Notes: generated by a model not told the origin, from the letters alone. Positions 18,058 to 29,400 are shown, counted from the stretch's first letter. The stretch is DNA of 64,000 bases from Spirochaetia bacterium (GCA_965203055.1 OZ241863.1:1280001-1344000), one strand, 5' to 3'. Translations and numbers: made by a program.

Positions 18058-18558
18058 TCAGTCGGCGGGGAGCTCCTCCAGGTGCAAAGCGGTGGTGATC
18101 CGCATGCAACCGCGCAGGGTAACGGCTACCGGGCAGCGGTCGGCGTGAAACCGGTGGGCGCGCTCCGCCGCGGCGCGCCGGTCCGGGGGCAGCCGCAGAT
18201 GGTAGTCGACGTGCACCGCTCGGATGACCAGCACCGAGCCCTCTTTGCCTATGTATCCGGTCGCTTCGCTGGTGAGGAAGCCCTCACCGGCGGGTATGTC
18301 GCGCGCTTCCAGCGCGCCTCCCAACGTACCGGTCAGTCACCCGGCGGCGGCCGCTACCACGTAATCGAGCGTGGTGGTATGCGGCTCGTGAACCTGCGGA
18401 TCGACCCCGTAGTGTTGCGCCACTTCCGAATGAACCCCGAACCACACCGGCGCGGGCTCAGCCGGCAGGTGGGCGCGCCGCAACGGCCCCTTGATCCGCT
18501 CGATGCGTACCTGCGATTGATAGACGGTGTCCGACGGGACACCGGTCGAGTCAGCCAT
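18058..18558 (-). CDS. OsmC-like selenoprotein (Sec at TGA 18337..18339), 166 aa
   Basis: ORFs 18337..18558 and 18058..18324 are in frame across a single TGA: DYVVAAAAG-U-LTGTLGGAL. Second Cys in HADRCPV; downstream hairpin. Confidence 0.8.
18284..18336 (-). promoter_or_regulatory. Putative bacterial SECIS element
   Basis: After the UGA: ACCGG...GCGCGCT-GGA-AGCGCGC...CCGGT; G-led apical loop about 26 nt from the UGA. Confidence 0.65.
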
Positions 18559-18705
18559 ACGCCCACCTTACCCCTTGGCGGCGGTTTCCGCCACCCCCGC
18601 AAAGCCGCCAAGCCGCCCCCGGCGCTCCGCCGCCGGCGTTTGACTGCCGGGGCGAAACGGGCTACCAAACACAGGCGCGGCTGCCGGCGCCGCAAGCGAG
18701 CCTGG

Positions 18706-19743
18706 ATGGCGGAAACTCTCAGATACGGACTGATCGGGTGCGGCGGAATCGCGCGCGGCCACATGGGCGCCTACCGCCACCTGTTCGAGTTGGCGGCATG
18801 CTGTGACGTCTACGAGCCCGCGGCGCGCGCGTTCCAACGCCGGTTCGGCTTCCGGCGCACCTACGCCGACTTCCGCGCCATGCTCGACACCGAGCGCCTC
18901 GACTTCGTTACGGTGTGCACCTCCTCGACCCACGAGCGGCTCGACATCGTGCTCGCCTGCGCGGCCGCCGGCACGCACGTGCTGGTGGAGAAGCCGATGG
19001 CGCTCACCCGCGAACAGGCGCGGCGAATGGTGGCCGCCTGCGCCGCCGCTGGCGTCAAGCTCGCGGTGTCCCAGCAGTACCGCAACTTCCCGCACGTCAA
19101 GGCGGCCTTCGAGCTGCTCCACTCCGGCGCATTGGGAAAGCCGTTCCTGGGCGAACTGCGCATGGCGCACCTCGGCTGGTTCCCGCTCAAGGGCGCCAAG
19201 CGCAGCGACTACTTCGTGAAGTACGACAAGGTGCTGCTGCTCAACGGCACCGTCCACCACTTCGACATGCTGCGCTACCTGCTCGCCGCCGAGCCGCAGC
19301 GCATCTACACGCGCGCCGGGCAGGCGCCGTTCCGCACCGCCATCGGCGAACGCGGCGACACCTGGAGCGTCTCCACGGTCGATTTCCCCGGCTGCACCGT
19401 GCAGGTGTTCAACTCCTCCGACTGCCACGGCGGCACCGTCCAATGGGACGGTTGGATGCACCTCGAATGCGAGCGCGGCGCGCTGTATCTCAACCCCGAC
19501 GCCGATACGCCGTTGAAGGCGTACAGCGCGGAGCTGAAGGCGTGGATCGTGCCGGAGCTGCCGGCCCGCGACCAGTTTCGCAACCTCGCCTGGCAGGCCA
19601 CGGTGCGCCAGTTCACCCGGTGGATCGCCGGCGGCGCGGAACATCCCACCAGCGGCCGCGATAATCTCAAGACCCTGGCGCTGGTGTTCGCGGCCTACGA
19701 CTCGGCCGCGCAGGCGGCGCCGGTGGAGGTGGGTCCGACATGA
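18706..19743 (+). CDS. Gfo/Idh/MocA family oxidoreductase
   Basis: YGLIGCGGIA, HVLVEKPMA, HHFDMLRYL. Confidence 0.92.
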   Translation: MAETLRYGLIGCGGIARGHMGAYRHLFELAACCDVYEPAARAFQRRFGFRRTYADFRAMLDTERLDFVTVCTSSTHERLDIVLACAAAGTHVLVEKPMALTREQARRMVAACAAAGVKLAVSQQYRNFPHVKAAFELLHSGALGKPFLGELRMAHLGWFPLKGAKRSDYFVKYDKVLLLNGTVHHFDMLRYLLAAEPQRIYTRAGQAPFRTAIGERGDTWSVSTVDFPGCTVQVFNSSDCHGGTVQWDGWMHLECERGALYLNPDADTPLKAYSAELKAWIVPELPARDQFRNLAWQATVRQFTRWIAGGAEHPTSGRDNLKTLALVFAAYDSAAQAAPVEVGPT

Positions 19744-19781
19744 GCATGAGCATGAGCATGAGCATGAGCATGAGCATGAGC
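19740..19781 (+). repeat. (ATGAGC)7 microsatellite at the stop/start junction
   Basis: Seven exact units read directly. Confidence 0.95.
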
Positions 19782-20669
19782 GGCGGTCGGGTGCTGGGGG
19801 CGCCGCAACTCGCCGAGCTGCGGGAGCGCGGGTACTACCTGCTGCGCGGACTGATCGACGGCGCGGAAGCAGGGGAGTTGCTGGCGGAAACGCGGCGCCT
19901 GATCGACCGGGCGCCGGCCGAACCGGGCGCGCCGGACGACCTCCGCGGCATCCCCGTAAGCCAGCCCGAGGACTACGTATTTGCCCGTGACCCCGGCGGC
20001 CAACCGGTGCTGAACCGCATCAGGTTTCCGCTGTGGCGCTCGCGTCCGTTCCTGGAGGTATACGGCAATCCGCGCATCCTGCACGCCGCGAATGACCTGT
20101 ACGGCGATATGATGGTGCCGTTCGACGAATCGATCGTGCTCAAGCTTCCGTACCACGGCGCCGGCTTCGCGTGGCACCAGGATGGCTCCTTCAAGACCGG
20201 AGCGGCCGCCGAGCGCGGCCACAACTTCGGCATCTACCTGACCTCCTCTACGGTTGCCAACGGCGCGTTGCACGTGCTGCCCGGCTCGCATCGGCGCGGC
20301 ATTCTCGACTTGCAGGAGATGGAGTCCCAACACGGCTTTGCGCTGCCCGGCGCCGCCGCGGCGCCGGCGGGACCGGGCGATGCCAACGTGCACAGCCGCT
20401 CCATCGCGCACGGCTCGCCGCCCAACGCCTCACCCGAGCTGCGCGCGACCTGGTACGTCGGCTTCCACCACCGCGCCGCGATCAGCGGCGTGTGGGATGC
20501 GTCCGCAATCGAGGCGCGGCGGCTCCTGATCCCGCTCGCCGTGGAAGCGCGCCGGCGTTCCGGCCGCTTCCCGCAGGAGGAACCGTTCCCGTACCAACGG
20601 CTGGGGCTGAAGCCTCCCGCCGCCGGCGCCCGCGAGCGCGCCCTGCGGGCGCCCGGCCTGCACGTCTAG
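19740..20669 (+). CDS. Phytanoyl-CoA dioxygenase (PhyH) family protein
   Basis: WHQD, NGALHVLPGSH, HGSPPN. Confidence 0.88.
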   Translation: MSMSMSMSMSMSMSGGRVLGAPQLAELRERGYYLLRGLIDGAEAGELLAETRRLIDRAPAEPGAPDDLRGIPVSQPEDYVFARDPGGQPVLNRIRFPLWRSRPFLEVYGNPRILHAANDLYGDMMVPFDESIVLKLPYHGAGFAWHQDGSFKTGAAAERGHNFGIYLTSSTVANGALHVLPGSHRRGILDLQEMESQHGFALPGAAAAPAGPGDANVHSRSIAHGSPPNASPELRATWYVGFHHRAAISGVWDASAIEARRLLIPLAVEARRRSGRFPQEEPFPYQRLGLKPPAAGARERALRAPGLHV

Positions 20670-20816
20670 GCGGGACAGCATGATAGCCGCGCAGTCCAGG
20701 ATTGCTGTCTTGCCGGCGCCGTTGACTCCTGCCAGCACGTTTACGTGGTCCGAGAACTCGAGGGTGAGGTCGCGAATACCTCTGAAATTGGACAGCGTGA
20801 GAGAGCGGAGCTTCAT
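20670..20816 (-). pseudogene. N-terminal stub of an AAA/SMC-like ATPase
   Basis: MKLRSLTLSNFRGIRDLTLEFSDHVNVLAGVNGAGKTAILD; truncated where it meets the convergent PhyH gene. Confidence 0.75.
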
Positions 20817-20828
20817 CGTCGCCGGCTT

Positions 20829-21845
20829 TCAGGGAGCGTCGGACCAGTGGATCAGGGCGCCGAGCACGCCGTCGGGGTTGCCGTTCAGGATGCCGCGGTA
20901 GAGATCGGGGGCCGCGGCGCTGGTGACCCGGTGGGTCACGGTGTGCTCCCAGGGCAGGTAGCCGAGCGCCAGGTTGTGCATGATCATCTCGCGCGCCGGC
21001 TCCTCGCCGTCGTTGCAGGGGAAGAACATCCGCAGGCGCTTGCCGTGCGGCACCGGGTAGCGGAAGTGGATCGGCTCCTTGCCGTAGTGCCCCTGCCACA
21101 CGAACTTGCCCCCGGCCCGCGTCAGGGCGATGGCGGCGTCGACGTTGCGCGGCAGTCCGCTGGCCTCGAACACCACGTCGCAGCCTCCCGGCCAGCGCTC
21201 CTCGACGGCGCGCGCCGCGTCGGTGGCGGAGGCGTCGATCAGGTGGCGGGCGCCCAGCTTGCGCGCCACCTCCAGGCGCGCCGCGTCGCGGTCCACCGCC
21301 GCGACCACGCAGCCGCGCAGGTTGGCCCACATCACCACCGACAGACCCACCAGGCCAACCCCGAACACCAGCACCGAATCGCCGAGCCGCGGGTTGCTGA
21401 CGTCCACGCCGTGCAGGCCGACTCCCGGCAGCACGAAGGCGCTGGCCACGTCGACCGGCACCCCTGCGGGCAGCGGGGCGGTACCCGGACGGCGCCCGTC
21501 CACCACTGCGTGGCTGCAGTGCGTGCCGGCCACGGTGCATACCTGCTCGCCGCCGAGCAGCATGCCGGGACTGTTGCGGAAGTACACCAGCTCGCCGGGG
21601 GCGTAGCCGGCCACCGCGGCGCCGGCCGCCTCGACCACTCCGGTCGCCATGTAGCCGGTGCACAGCGGGTAGCTGACCCCGGCCAGCGCGGCGCGCACGA
21701 ACATGAACTCGGTGCCGATGCTGACCCCCGACCACAGCGTGCGGATCACCAGATCGTGGGGGCCCGGATCGGGCAGCGTAACCTCTTGCAGCGCGAACCG
21801 GCGCTGCGCGTCGCAAATCAGCGCGCGTGCGTTCACTTGGCCCAA
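20829..21845 (-). CDS. Medium-chain (zinc-binding type) dehydrogenase
   Basis: SGVSIGTE, GYMATGVV, VFGVGLVG, DVVFEASG. Confidence 0.88.
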   Translation of the reverse strand: MGQVNARALICDAQRRFALQEVTLPDPGPHDLVIRTLWSGVSIGTEFMFVRAALAGVSYPLCTGYMATGVVEAAGAAVAGYAPGELVYFRNSPGMLLGGEQVCTVAGTHCSHAVVDGRRPGTAPLPAGVPVDVASAFVLPGVGLHGVDVSNPRLGDSVLVFGVGLVGLSVVMWANLRGCVVAAVDRDAARLEVARKLGARHLIDASATDAARAVEERWPGGCDVVFEASGLPRNVDAAIALTRAGGKFVWQGHYGKEPIHFRYPVPHGKRLRMFFPCNDGEEPAREMIMHNLALGYLPWEHTVTHRVTSAAAPDLYRGILNGNPDGVLGALIHWSDAP

Positions 21846-22001
21846 CTCCTTATCTCCTCCCGTCGTGTTGATGATAGCAGTTTGTCGCCCTCCGGTGCCG
21901 GATGCGCGCGCGGCAGGGGAGGGCGGCCTGAAGGGCAGCCGCTGGAGCGCCCGCTTACGACACCTGCGGCTGGGGCCGAACCCTCGTCAGGGGAGCCCGT
22001 G

Positions 22002-22669
22002 TCAGGGGAGGGGAGACCCCTGGCCGGACCCGCGGGCGGGCGCCGTCGGCTCCGGGTCGAGGAACACCTCCCGGTACAGCGCTTCGATGCGCCCGACTTC
22101 GGCGCCGGTCAGCGCGGCGAACTCCTGCGTCCGGCCGCGGCGCGACAGCTTTCCGTCGTTCTGGCGCAGGAACCGGAACAGCAGGTCGGTCAGCCGGTCC
22201 GGCATGTCGACGATCAGGTTCAGTCCGGCGCGAAACGCATCGTGGCGCCGCAGAAACTCGGCCTCGTCCGGCAGATGGCGCTCGATGGTGTGTTGCACGC
22301 ATCCGTACAGGAACTCGGCGTGCGGGGTGGCATCGAAGAACCGGTAGAAGTCAGCGGTGTCGTTCAATACGGCGACGTTGCCGCCGGCGGTCACCTTCCA
22401 GTCTACCGCCGGCAGCAGCCGCGTCGAGTAAGGGTCAGGTGGCCGGCCAGGCTGGGCGGGGGCGCGTAGCGCGGCGAGTAGATGCGCCAGCCGTCCTGCG
22501 CCACGAGGCGGTGCCGCTCCCCGATGGCGCTCAGCGTGCGCGGGAGCGGCACGTTCAGGCCGCAGGCGTCGATGAGCGCCGCGTAGCCCGCCGGAGCGGC
22601 GGTTACGGGAAGGCGCTGGTCCCGAAAAACGCTAACTGGCGGTGAAAAACAGTGCCGGATGGCCCTCAC
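22002..22669 (-). pseudogene. Fic-family protein with its central catalytic region deleted
   Basis: N-terminal PAGYAALIDA..L.VPLP...GHLT is joined near 22430 to C-terminal LNDTADFYRFFDATPHAEFLY...QNDGKLS; no HPFxxGNGR motif. Confidence 0.7.
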
Positions 22670-22704
22670 CCATTCAGACGCGACTGCAGGTGTCCGGGTA
22701 GGGA

Positions 22705-23667
22705 TCACCCGCGGTCCTCGATGATCGTGTCTGAAATCGGGCCGCCCCTTATGGGTACGCCCGGTATTCCGGTAGGCTTGCCTCCGTTCCAGCGCAAGGC
22801 CCCGCGGCGAGCCGCGGCGCGGACCGCTTGGCGGGCAGGGGAGGCCGGCTCCACGGCGGGGCGGCCGTTGCGCTCCACCCATACGCCGCAGGGGCCGCCG
22901 TCCGCGCTCTCTTCCAGAGACGCTTCGCGGCCATCCATATCCAGCACCGGGAAATAGTGGCGGGCCACCTGCCGCGCCTCGCCGGCGACGTAGTGGGCGA
23001 TCAGCGCCCGCCGGAAGCGGCTGCGGCTGCGGTTCGGCAGGCTGCCGTGGATCACCTGGCCGTTGAAGAACAGCACGTCGCCCGGCTCCATGACTACCTC
23101 GACCGGCGTCAGGCCCGCCGGCAGCGGCACCGTGACCGCGGTGAAGCTCACCTCGCGGTCGGCCTGTTCGGTGCACAGCACGGGCACGTCATGGGTGCCC
23201 GGCACCAACTGCAGGCAACCGTTCTCGCGGTCGCAGCGGTCTACCGCCATCCAGGCGGCGATGCAGGTGCCCGGCTGCGCGCGCAAGTAGTACTGGTCCT
23301 GATGCAGGGCCTGCCCGCGCGCGCCCGGCGGCTTGAAGTAGTACATGGTCTGCACCGCGTAGGGATCGCGCCCGGCAAGGGCGTTGAGCCAGCCCCGCAG
23401 GCGCGCGTCGAGCAACCAGGCGCGGCTCACCGAATCATGCCGGTGCGGGTGCATGAGGCGCGGGTACTCGGCCAGCGGATCGCGCGCGTCGCCGATTCCG
23501 TCGCCGGCCGGCAGCGCGCCGGCGGCCAGCCGGCTCCGGCGCATGGCGTCGAAGTGCTCGCGCAGGCGGTCGACCTCGGCGCCCGGGAACAGGCCGGGCA
23601 CCAGGGCGAAGCCATGCTCGCGGTAGTGCCGCGCCAGAGACGAATCGAGGGCTGTCGCATGCGCCAT
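22705..23667 (-). CDS. Phytanoyl-CoA dioxygenase (PhyH) family protein
   Basis: KPPGARGQALHQD, NGCLQLVPGTH, IHGSLPNRS; SD AAGGAG. Confidence 0.9.
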   Translation of the reverse strand: MAHATALDSSLARHYREHGFALVPGLFPGAEVDRLREHFDAMRRSRLAAGALPAGDGIGDARDPLAEYPRLMHPHRHDSVSRAWLLDARLRGWLNALAGRDPYAVQTMYYFKPPGARGQALHQDQYYLRAQPGTCIAAWMAVDRCDRENGCLQLVPGTHDVPVLCTEQADREVSFTAVTVPLPAGLTPVEVVMEPGDVLFFNGQVIHGSLPNRSRSRFRRALIAHYVAGEARQVARHYFPVLDMDGREASLEESADGGPCGVWVERNGRPAVEPASPARQAVRAAARRGALRWNGGKPTGIPGVPIRGGPISDTIIEDRG

Positions 23668-23901
23668 CGGGTTGCTCCTTTGGCCGGCCCGCCGGACTTG
23701 CGCGCGCCGCCGCCTGGGGGTTCGCCGTCCGTCCCCGGCTAAGCTGAACGGGCGGACTTCAGCGGCACCGCCACCGTGCCGGCGGCCGTGTTTGCAGTAT
23801 AGGCCCCCTGCGGCGCAAGCAACAGCCTTGAGCTGTACGGCAGGCAGACACGCGTGGCCCGCGCCGGGGTATTCTGAGCCCTGAGGCATCGTACCGGCAC
23901 C

Positions 23902-25497
23902 ATGCGCAAGTTCAACACCGAAGGCCCCGTCGTCGCCGCGGATCACTACCTCGTCCCGCCGCTGCAGCGGGTGAATCTCGGCGAGGTGCTGGACCTGATA
24001 AGGGACAAGCGCTACTTCGTGCTGCACGCGCCCCGGCAGACCGGTAAGACGTCGCTCCTCCTGGCGCTGCGCGACCTGCTCAACAGCGGCGCCGAAGGCC
24101 GCTTCCGTTGCGTGTACGTCAACGTCGAAGGCGCGCAGGCGGCCCGGGAAGACGTGGCCCGCGCCATCCGCGCCGTCATGAGCCGCCTGGCCTCGCGGGC
24201 GCGGCGGCTGGGCGACGATTTCCCGGACCAGGTCTGGGCGGACCTGCTGGCGAAGTGCGGACCCGACGACGCTCTGGCCGAACTGCTGACGCAGTGGAGC
24301 GCGGCGGATGCGCGCCCCCTGGTGCTGTTGATCGACGAGATCGACGTGCTGATCGGCGACGCGCTGCTGGCGGTGTTGCGCCAGTTGCGGGCCGGCTACG
24401 ACGAACGCCCGTCCGGCTTTCCGCAGAGTATCGCGCTGTGCGGCGTGCGCGACGTGCGCGACTACCGCATTCACGCCGACTCGCGGAACGAGCCGATAGC
24501 CGGAGGCAGCCCGTTCAACGTCAAGGCGGCGTCGTTGCGCCTGGGGGACTTTACCGAGACCGAGGTGCGCGCCCTGCTCGCGCAGCACACCGCGGAGACC
24601 GGGCAGCCGTTCACGCCGGAGGCGCTCGCTGCGGTATGGAATCAGACCCGCGGGCAGCCGTGGCTGGTGAACGCGCTTTGCCGCCGCGCCTGCTTCGACG
24701 CCGAGGGCGGCCGCGACCGCGCGCGCGGCATCACGCGCGATGCCATTCTCGCCGCCCAGGAGCACCTGATCGTGAGCCGCCAGACTCACCTCGACCAGCT
24801 CGCCGACAAGCTGCAGGAAGCGCGCGTGCGGCGCGTGGTCGAACCGCTGCTGAGCGGCGCCGCCGAGAGCGCGTTCACGGCGCGCGACCTGGAGTACGTC
24901 CGCGACCTGGGTCTGGTCGCGCCGGAGGAAGCGCCGCGCATCGCCAACCCGATCTACGCGGAGGTGGTGCCGCGCGAGCTCACCAGCGCGGCGCAGGCGG
25001 GCCTGGTGCAGGAAACCGCCTGGTACGTCGATGGCGCGGGCCGGCTGGAAGTCGACAAGCTGCTCGCCAGCTTCCAGCAGTTCTTCCGCGAGCACTCCGA
25101 ACATTGGGTGGCGCGCTTCGACTACGCCGAAGCGGGGCCACAGCTCCTGTTGCAGGCGTTCCTGCAGCGCATCGTGAACGGCGGCGGCCGCATCGAGCGG
25201 GAGTATGGCCTGGGCCGCGGCCGCACCGACCTGCTCATCATCTGGCCGCGCGGCGGCGGCGCGCCGCCGCCTGCCGAGGACCGGTTCGTGGTCGAGTGCA
25301 AGGTGCTGCGCGGCAGCCTGCAGCGGACGGTGGCGGAGGGCCTGGAACAGACCGCCGGCTACCTGGACCGCTGCGCCGCGCAGGCCGGCCATCTGGTGAT
25401 CTTCGACCGTACCGCCGGGAAGCGCTGGGCAGACAAGCTGTTTCGCCGCGCGCAACGCTCCGGCGACGGACGCCCCATCACCATCTGGGGAATGTAG
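23902..25497 (+). CDS. AAA ATPase with C-terminal PD-(D/E)XK-like domain
   Basis: MRKFNTEGP, HAPRQTGKTS, LIDEID, REYGLGRGRTDL...VECK. Confidence 0.88.
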   Translation: MRKFNTEGPVVAADHYLVPPLQRVNLGEVLDLIRDKRYFVLHAPRQTGKTSLLLALRDLLNSGAEGRFRCVYVNVEGAQAAREDVARAIRAVMSRLASRARRLGDDFPDQVWADLLAKCGPDDALAELLTQWSAADARPLVLLIDEIDVLIGDALLAVLRQLRAGYDERPSGFPQSIALCGVRDVRDYRIHADSRNEPIAGGSPFNVKAASLRLGDFTETEVRALLAQHTAETGQPFTPEALAAVWNQTRGQPWLVNALCRRACFDAEGGRDRARGITRDAILAAQEHLIVSRQTHLDQLADKLQEARVRRVVEPLLSGAAESAFTARDLEYVRDLGLVAPEEAPRIANPIYAEVVPRELTSAAQAGLVQETAWYVDGAGRLEVDKLLASFQQFFREHSEHWVARFDYAEAGPQLLLQAFLQRIVNGGGRIEREYGLGRGRTDLLIIWPRGGGAPPPAEDRFVVECKVLRGSLQRTVAEGLEQTAGYLDRCAAQAGHLVIFDRTAGKRWADKLFRRAQRSGDGRPITIWGM

Positions 25498-25868
25498 TCC
25501 CTCGGGCCTACAGGCCGCCGGGGGCGCCGGAGGGCACCGGCGGGGCTGTTTGACACACTGAATCTGTTGCTCTACGATACGATCTACTCTGAAATCGATC
25601 TGGCCGCGAACGCGAATCGGTGTCCCGCACAAGTCGGTCATCACGCGGAATACCACAGCCCATCATGCGGATACTGGGAACAGTTACCCATCGGTCCGCG
25701 GGCAAATACGCGCGTGAAATCCAACAACTATTCAGGGGGAACATCTGCGTGTCGGATCGATTTCAAGACGGCCCGGCACTTGGAGAGGCGCGCATGGACC
25801 ACCGGCCCAAGCAGACGAAACTCCGCAGCGCAGCCTCGTACGCGGACAGATCAAAGGAGAGAGAGGAC

Positions 25869-26479
25869 ACGAAGCTTCTCAAGAAGACGGTCCTGGTGAT
25901 CGTTCTCATGGTTGCGCTGACGGTCAGCGCATTCTCGCAGGTGTACGTGTCCGCAGGAGGAAGTGCGCTGCTACCAGTGGAGATCGGCAGCAGCAGCGCC
26001 GCCAGCATAGAATACGGACTCGGCATTCGCGGCAGCGGCGCTGTCGGGTACGATCTGAACAACGGAGTGTTGGCGGAAGTCGAAGTGTCCTACTCGCGAG
26101 CGAACGCCAACGAAGTGTGCATCAATGACCGCTGCGTAGCAAGCTCTCAAACTTATGACGAAGCACCATTCGTCGGCACTACGTCGATCATGGTCAACGC
26201 TCAGTACGAGCTTGAAACCGGGTTTCCTGTTTGGCCCTATTTGGGGATTGGCGCCGGTTTTCAGGCTTTTTTCCGGTCGTACGGGAAACTGAAAACGGGA
26301 ACCACTCCAGAAAATCCCGACATTCTTTGGTTTTCGACCAGTCAGGCGCGCGCAGGAATCGCAGTTGACGTTGGAAGTGGTGTTGTCATACGTGCGGGTT
26401 TGGCGTCGGCACTATGAGCCCCGTGGCCGACTTCGTATTTCATCGGATCGACTTGGCGGTGCTCTACTTCATCCCGTAA
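25869..26479 (+). pseudogene. Outer-membrane beta-barrel (opacity/OmpA-like) with ACG start and 3' frameshift
   Basis: Purine-rich SD then ACG-KLLKKTVLVIVLMVALTVSAFSQ signal peptide; GAVGYDL, MVNAQYE, PYLGIGAG strands; frame shift near 26398 into FGVGT...HRIDLAVLYFIP*; low GC. Confidence 0.65.
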
Positions 26480-26493
26480 AGCCGCGGCGGCGT

Positions 26494-29400
26494 TTACCAG
26501 AGGTACAGGCCGCCGGTCGCGGCGAGCCACAGGCCGCAGGCGGTGACCTTCAGGCCGGCGGCGGAGACGGCGCGGCGGTATTCTTCCACCTGCGGCCGAT
26601 AGCGTTCTTTCAGAAGCTGGACGCCCCGGGGCTCCGGGGCGGGCAGCGCGTCGGTCTTGTAGTCGGCCAGCACCCAGCCGTCCGCTTCCTCGAACGCCAA
26701 GTCCACGAATCCTTCCACGTAGCGGTCGCGGCCTTCGTCGTACCATGCCACCGGCAACTCGCGCAGCACGCGCCGCGCGGCGCGCACCCGCTGCATGGCG
26801 GGACTGTCGATGATGGCGGCGGCGGCGCGGGTCACCTCGTCGATCAGCTCGGGCGAGCCTTGCGCCGCGGCCAGCCGCTGCGCCCAGGCGGCAGCGCTGG
26901 CGGCGTCGCCAAGCGCGCAGCGGCTCAGCACTTCGTGCACCAGCGAGCCGCGGCGCAGTCCCGTCGAGGAGCCCACGAAGGTGACGCCGGCGGCGCCGTC
27001 GGCGGTGGCCAGCGCGCGGTCGGCGTCGCCGAAGCGGGTCAGATCGGTCTCCGGCGCGCTGCGGTCGCGGGGCTCGGTTTCGCGCGGTTCCTTGCGCGCT
27101 TCCGCGGCCAGCAGCGACGGGGAGGTGTATTGCGGTCCCTGCCGAACGCGCTCGCCCCGCTGCGCCCGGCGCTCCTGCCAGCGGGCGGCGAGGTCGGCGG
27201 GAAAGTCGATCGGCACCGGTTTCGGCAGCGGGCGCGGTTCCGGGAGCTCCTGGTCCAGCATGATCCGCCCGCCGCCCGGCGCTTCCCGCAGGCCGCCGTC
27301 GAACACCGCCACCCAGGAGGGCAGCGCCGGGAGATGGACGAACATGCCGGGGCGCTCCTCCGAGCGGAAGGCCGACACCACCAGCAGGTCGCGGGCGCGG
27401 GTGGCGGCCACGTACAGCAGCCGCGCCTGCTCGGCGCGTCCGTAGGCTGCTTCGCGGGCCGCGGCGGCGGCGAAGCCCGGCGTGCGGAAGCGGTTGTCAC
27501 GGCGGCCGACGGCGAACTCGATCACGCCGCGTTCGCGGTCCGCCACCGAGCGCGCCGCATTCTGGTTGGCGCCGGAGCTGAGCTTGGCGAGGATCACTAC
27601 CGGGAACTCCAGCCCCTTGGCGCCGTGCACGGTCATGACGCGTACTACGTCGTCGTCCGTTTCCACCAGGTGCAGGTCGCGCTCGCCGCCGCTTTCGCCC
27701 TGGCGCGAGGCGAGCCAGCGGACGAAGGGGCGCAGCGCGTCCGCCTCGCTGACGGCGAACTCGGCGGCGCGGTCCACGATCGCCCGCAGGTTGGCGGCGC
27801 GTTGCCGTTCGCGGCTGGTAATCAGCAGCGGTTCGGCCAGGAAGTTGTCGCGGATGGCGCGGTCCACCAGAAACGGCAACGTCAACTCGCTCTTGGCCTG
27901 GTACAGGTCCGCCAACCGCCGCAGCGCCGCTCCGATCCGACTGTCCGGGAACTTCGGCGCCAGCAGGCTGAAGCTGCCGTGCTCCAGGCGGTGCTGCAGC
28001 AGCTCGGCGTCGGAGCAGCAGAAGGCCGCGGACTTCAGCGCCGCCACCAGGGAGACCTGATCGCTCGGGTCGTCCACCGCGCGCAGAATCGCGGCCAGAT
28101 CGTTGATCTCCTGATGCTGAAAGAAGTCGCGTCCGCCATCGACGACGTAGGGGATGCCGCGGCGGGCCAATTCCTGCGTATACCCGTCCAGCGCGGTGCG
28201 GGTCTCCACCAGGATGCAGATGTCGCGCAACGCGACGCCGCGCGCGTCCGAGTCGCCCGGCGGCGGCGCGTCGGTCCGCCAGCGCGGATTGGCAGTGAGA
28301 TCGGCGATCAAGCGCGCCACCGCGGTCGCTTCCTCCCGGCGCAGTTCGTTGAGCCTGGCCTCATGCAGGGGCAGCTCGGGATAGAGCAGCGCCACCCGCG
28401 GCCCACCGGCGGCCGCGCGGTAGGCGTGAATCGGCTGGTACTTCGGCTGCGCCCCGGGGAACTGCGGGTCGGGCGTGAGCACCGCGCCGAAGGTGGCGTT
28501 GACCCAGTCCGTGATCTGCGGCAGCGAGCGGAAGTTCTGCGAGATCGTCGCGATGCGCGCGCGGCCCTCCGGCTGCCGCTGGAACACCTGCCGGGCGCGC
28601 AGGTAGGTATCGATGTCGGCGCGCCGGAAACGGTAGATCGATTGCTTCGGATCTCCGACGATGAACAGCTTGCCCGGCTGCAGCGTTACCTCGTGCCAGG
28701 CGCGCGGCCCCGAGCCGCCCGGCCCCCCGCCGCCCGGCGGCGGGGTGTCATCGGCGGCGAGCAGAAACACGATTTCGGCCTGCAGCGGGTCGGTGTCCTG
28801 GAATTCGTCCACCAGCAGAAATCGAAACCGTTCGCGCAGCGCGGCGCGCACCTGCTCATCGCCGGCCACCAGCGCCCGCGCCTCGATCAGCAGGTCGTCG
28901 AAGTTGAGCTTGCCGGCGCGCCGCCGCGCCGCGGCCGCGCTCGTCACGAACGCGCCGAGCGCGGCGCTGAGGCGGTACAGGGCATCGTCGTTGAGGCCCG
29001 CGCGCCACCCGATGAGTCGGTCGCGCGCCGCCTCCTGCAGTTCGCGCATACGCGCCAGCGCCTCGGCCGAGCGCCAGTTGCCGCGGTTGCCCCGTTGCGG
29101 CCGGAAGGCCAAGTCATGCAGCGCCGCCTCCACCAGCGCCGCCCGCAGGTCACCGGCGGCGCGGCCGGCAAGCTGCTCCACCTCCGCCAGCCCGCGCCGC
29201 AGCTCGCGGAAGCTGCGCAGGCAGGCGTCGGCATCGCCGCGGCAGGCGGCGGCGAGTTGGCCGCCCTCCGCGCATAACGCCTGCAGTTCCCGCAGCACCC
29301 GGTCGGCGGCGGGCTGGCGCGCCGCGCTGCCGGACAGCCGCAGCTCGCGGTGCCGGTCCAGGATTTCGGCCACTTCGTGCACCGTATCCAGCGTCATGCC

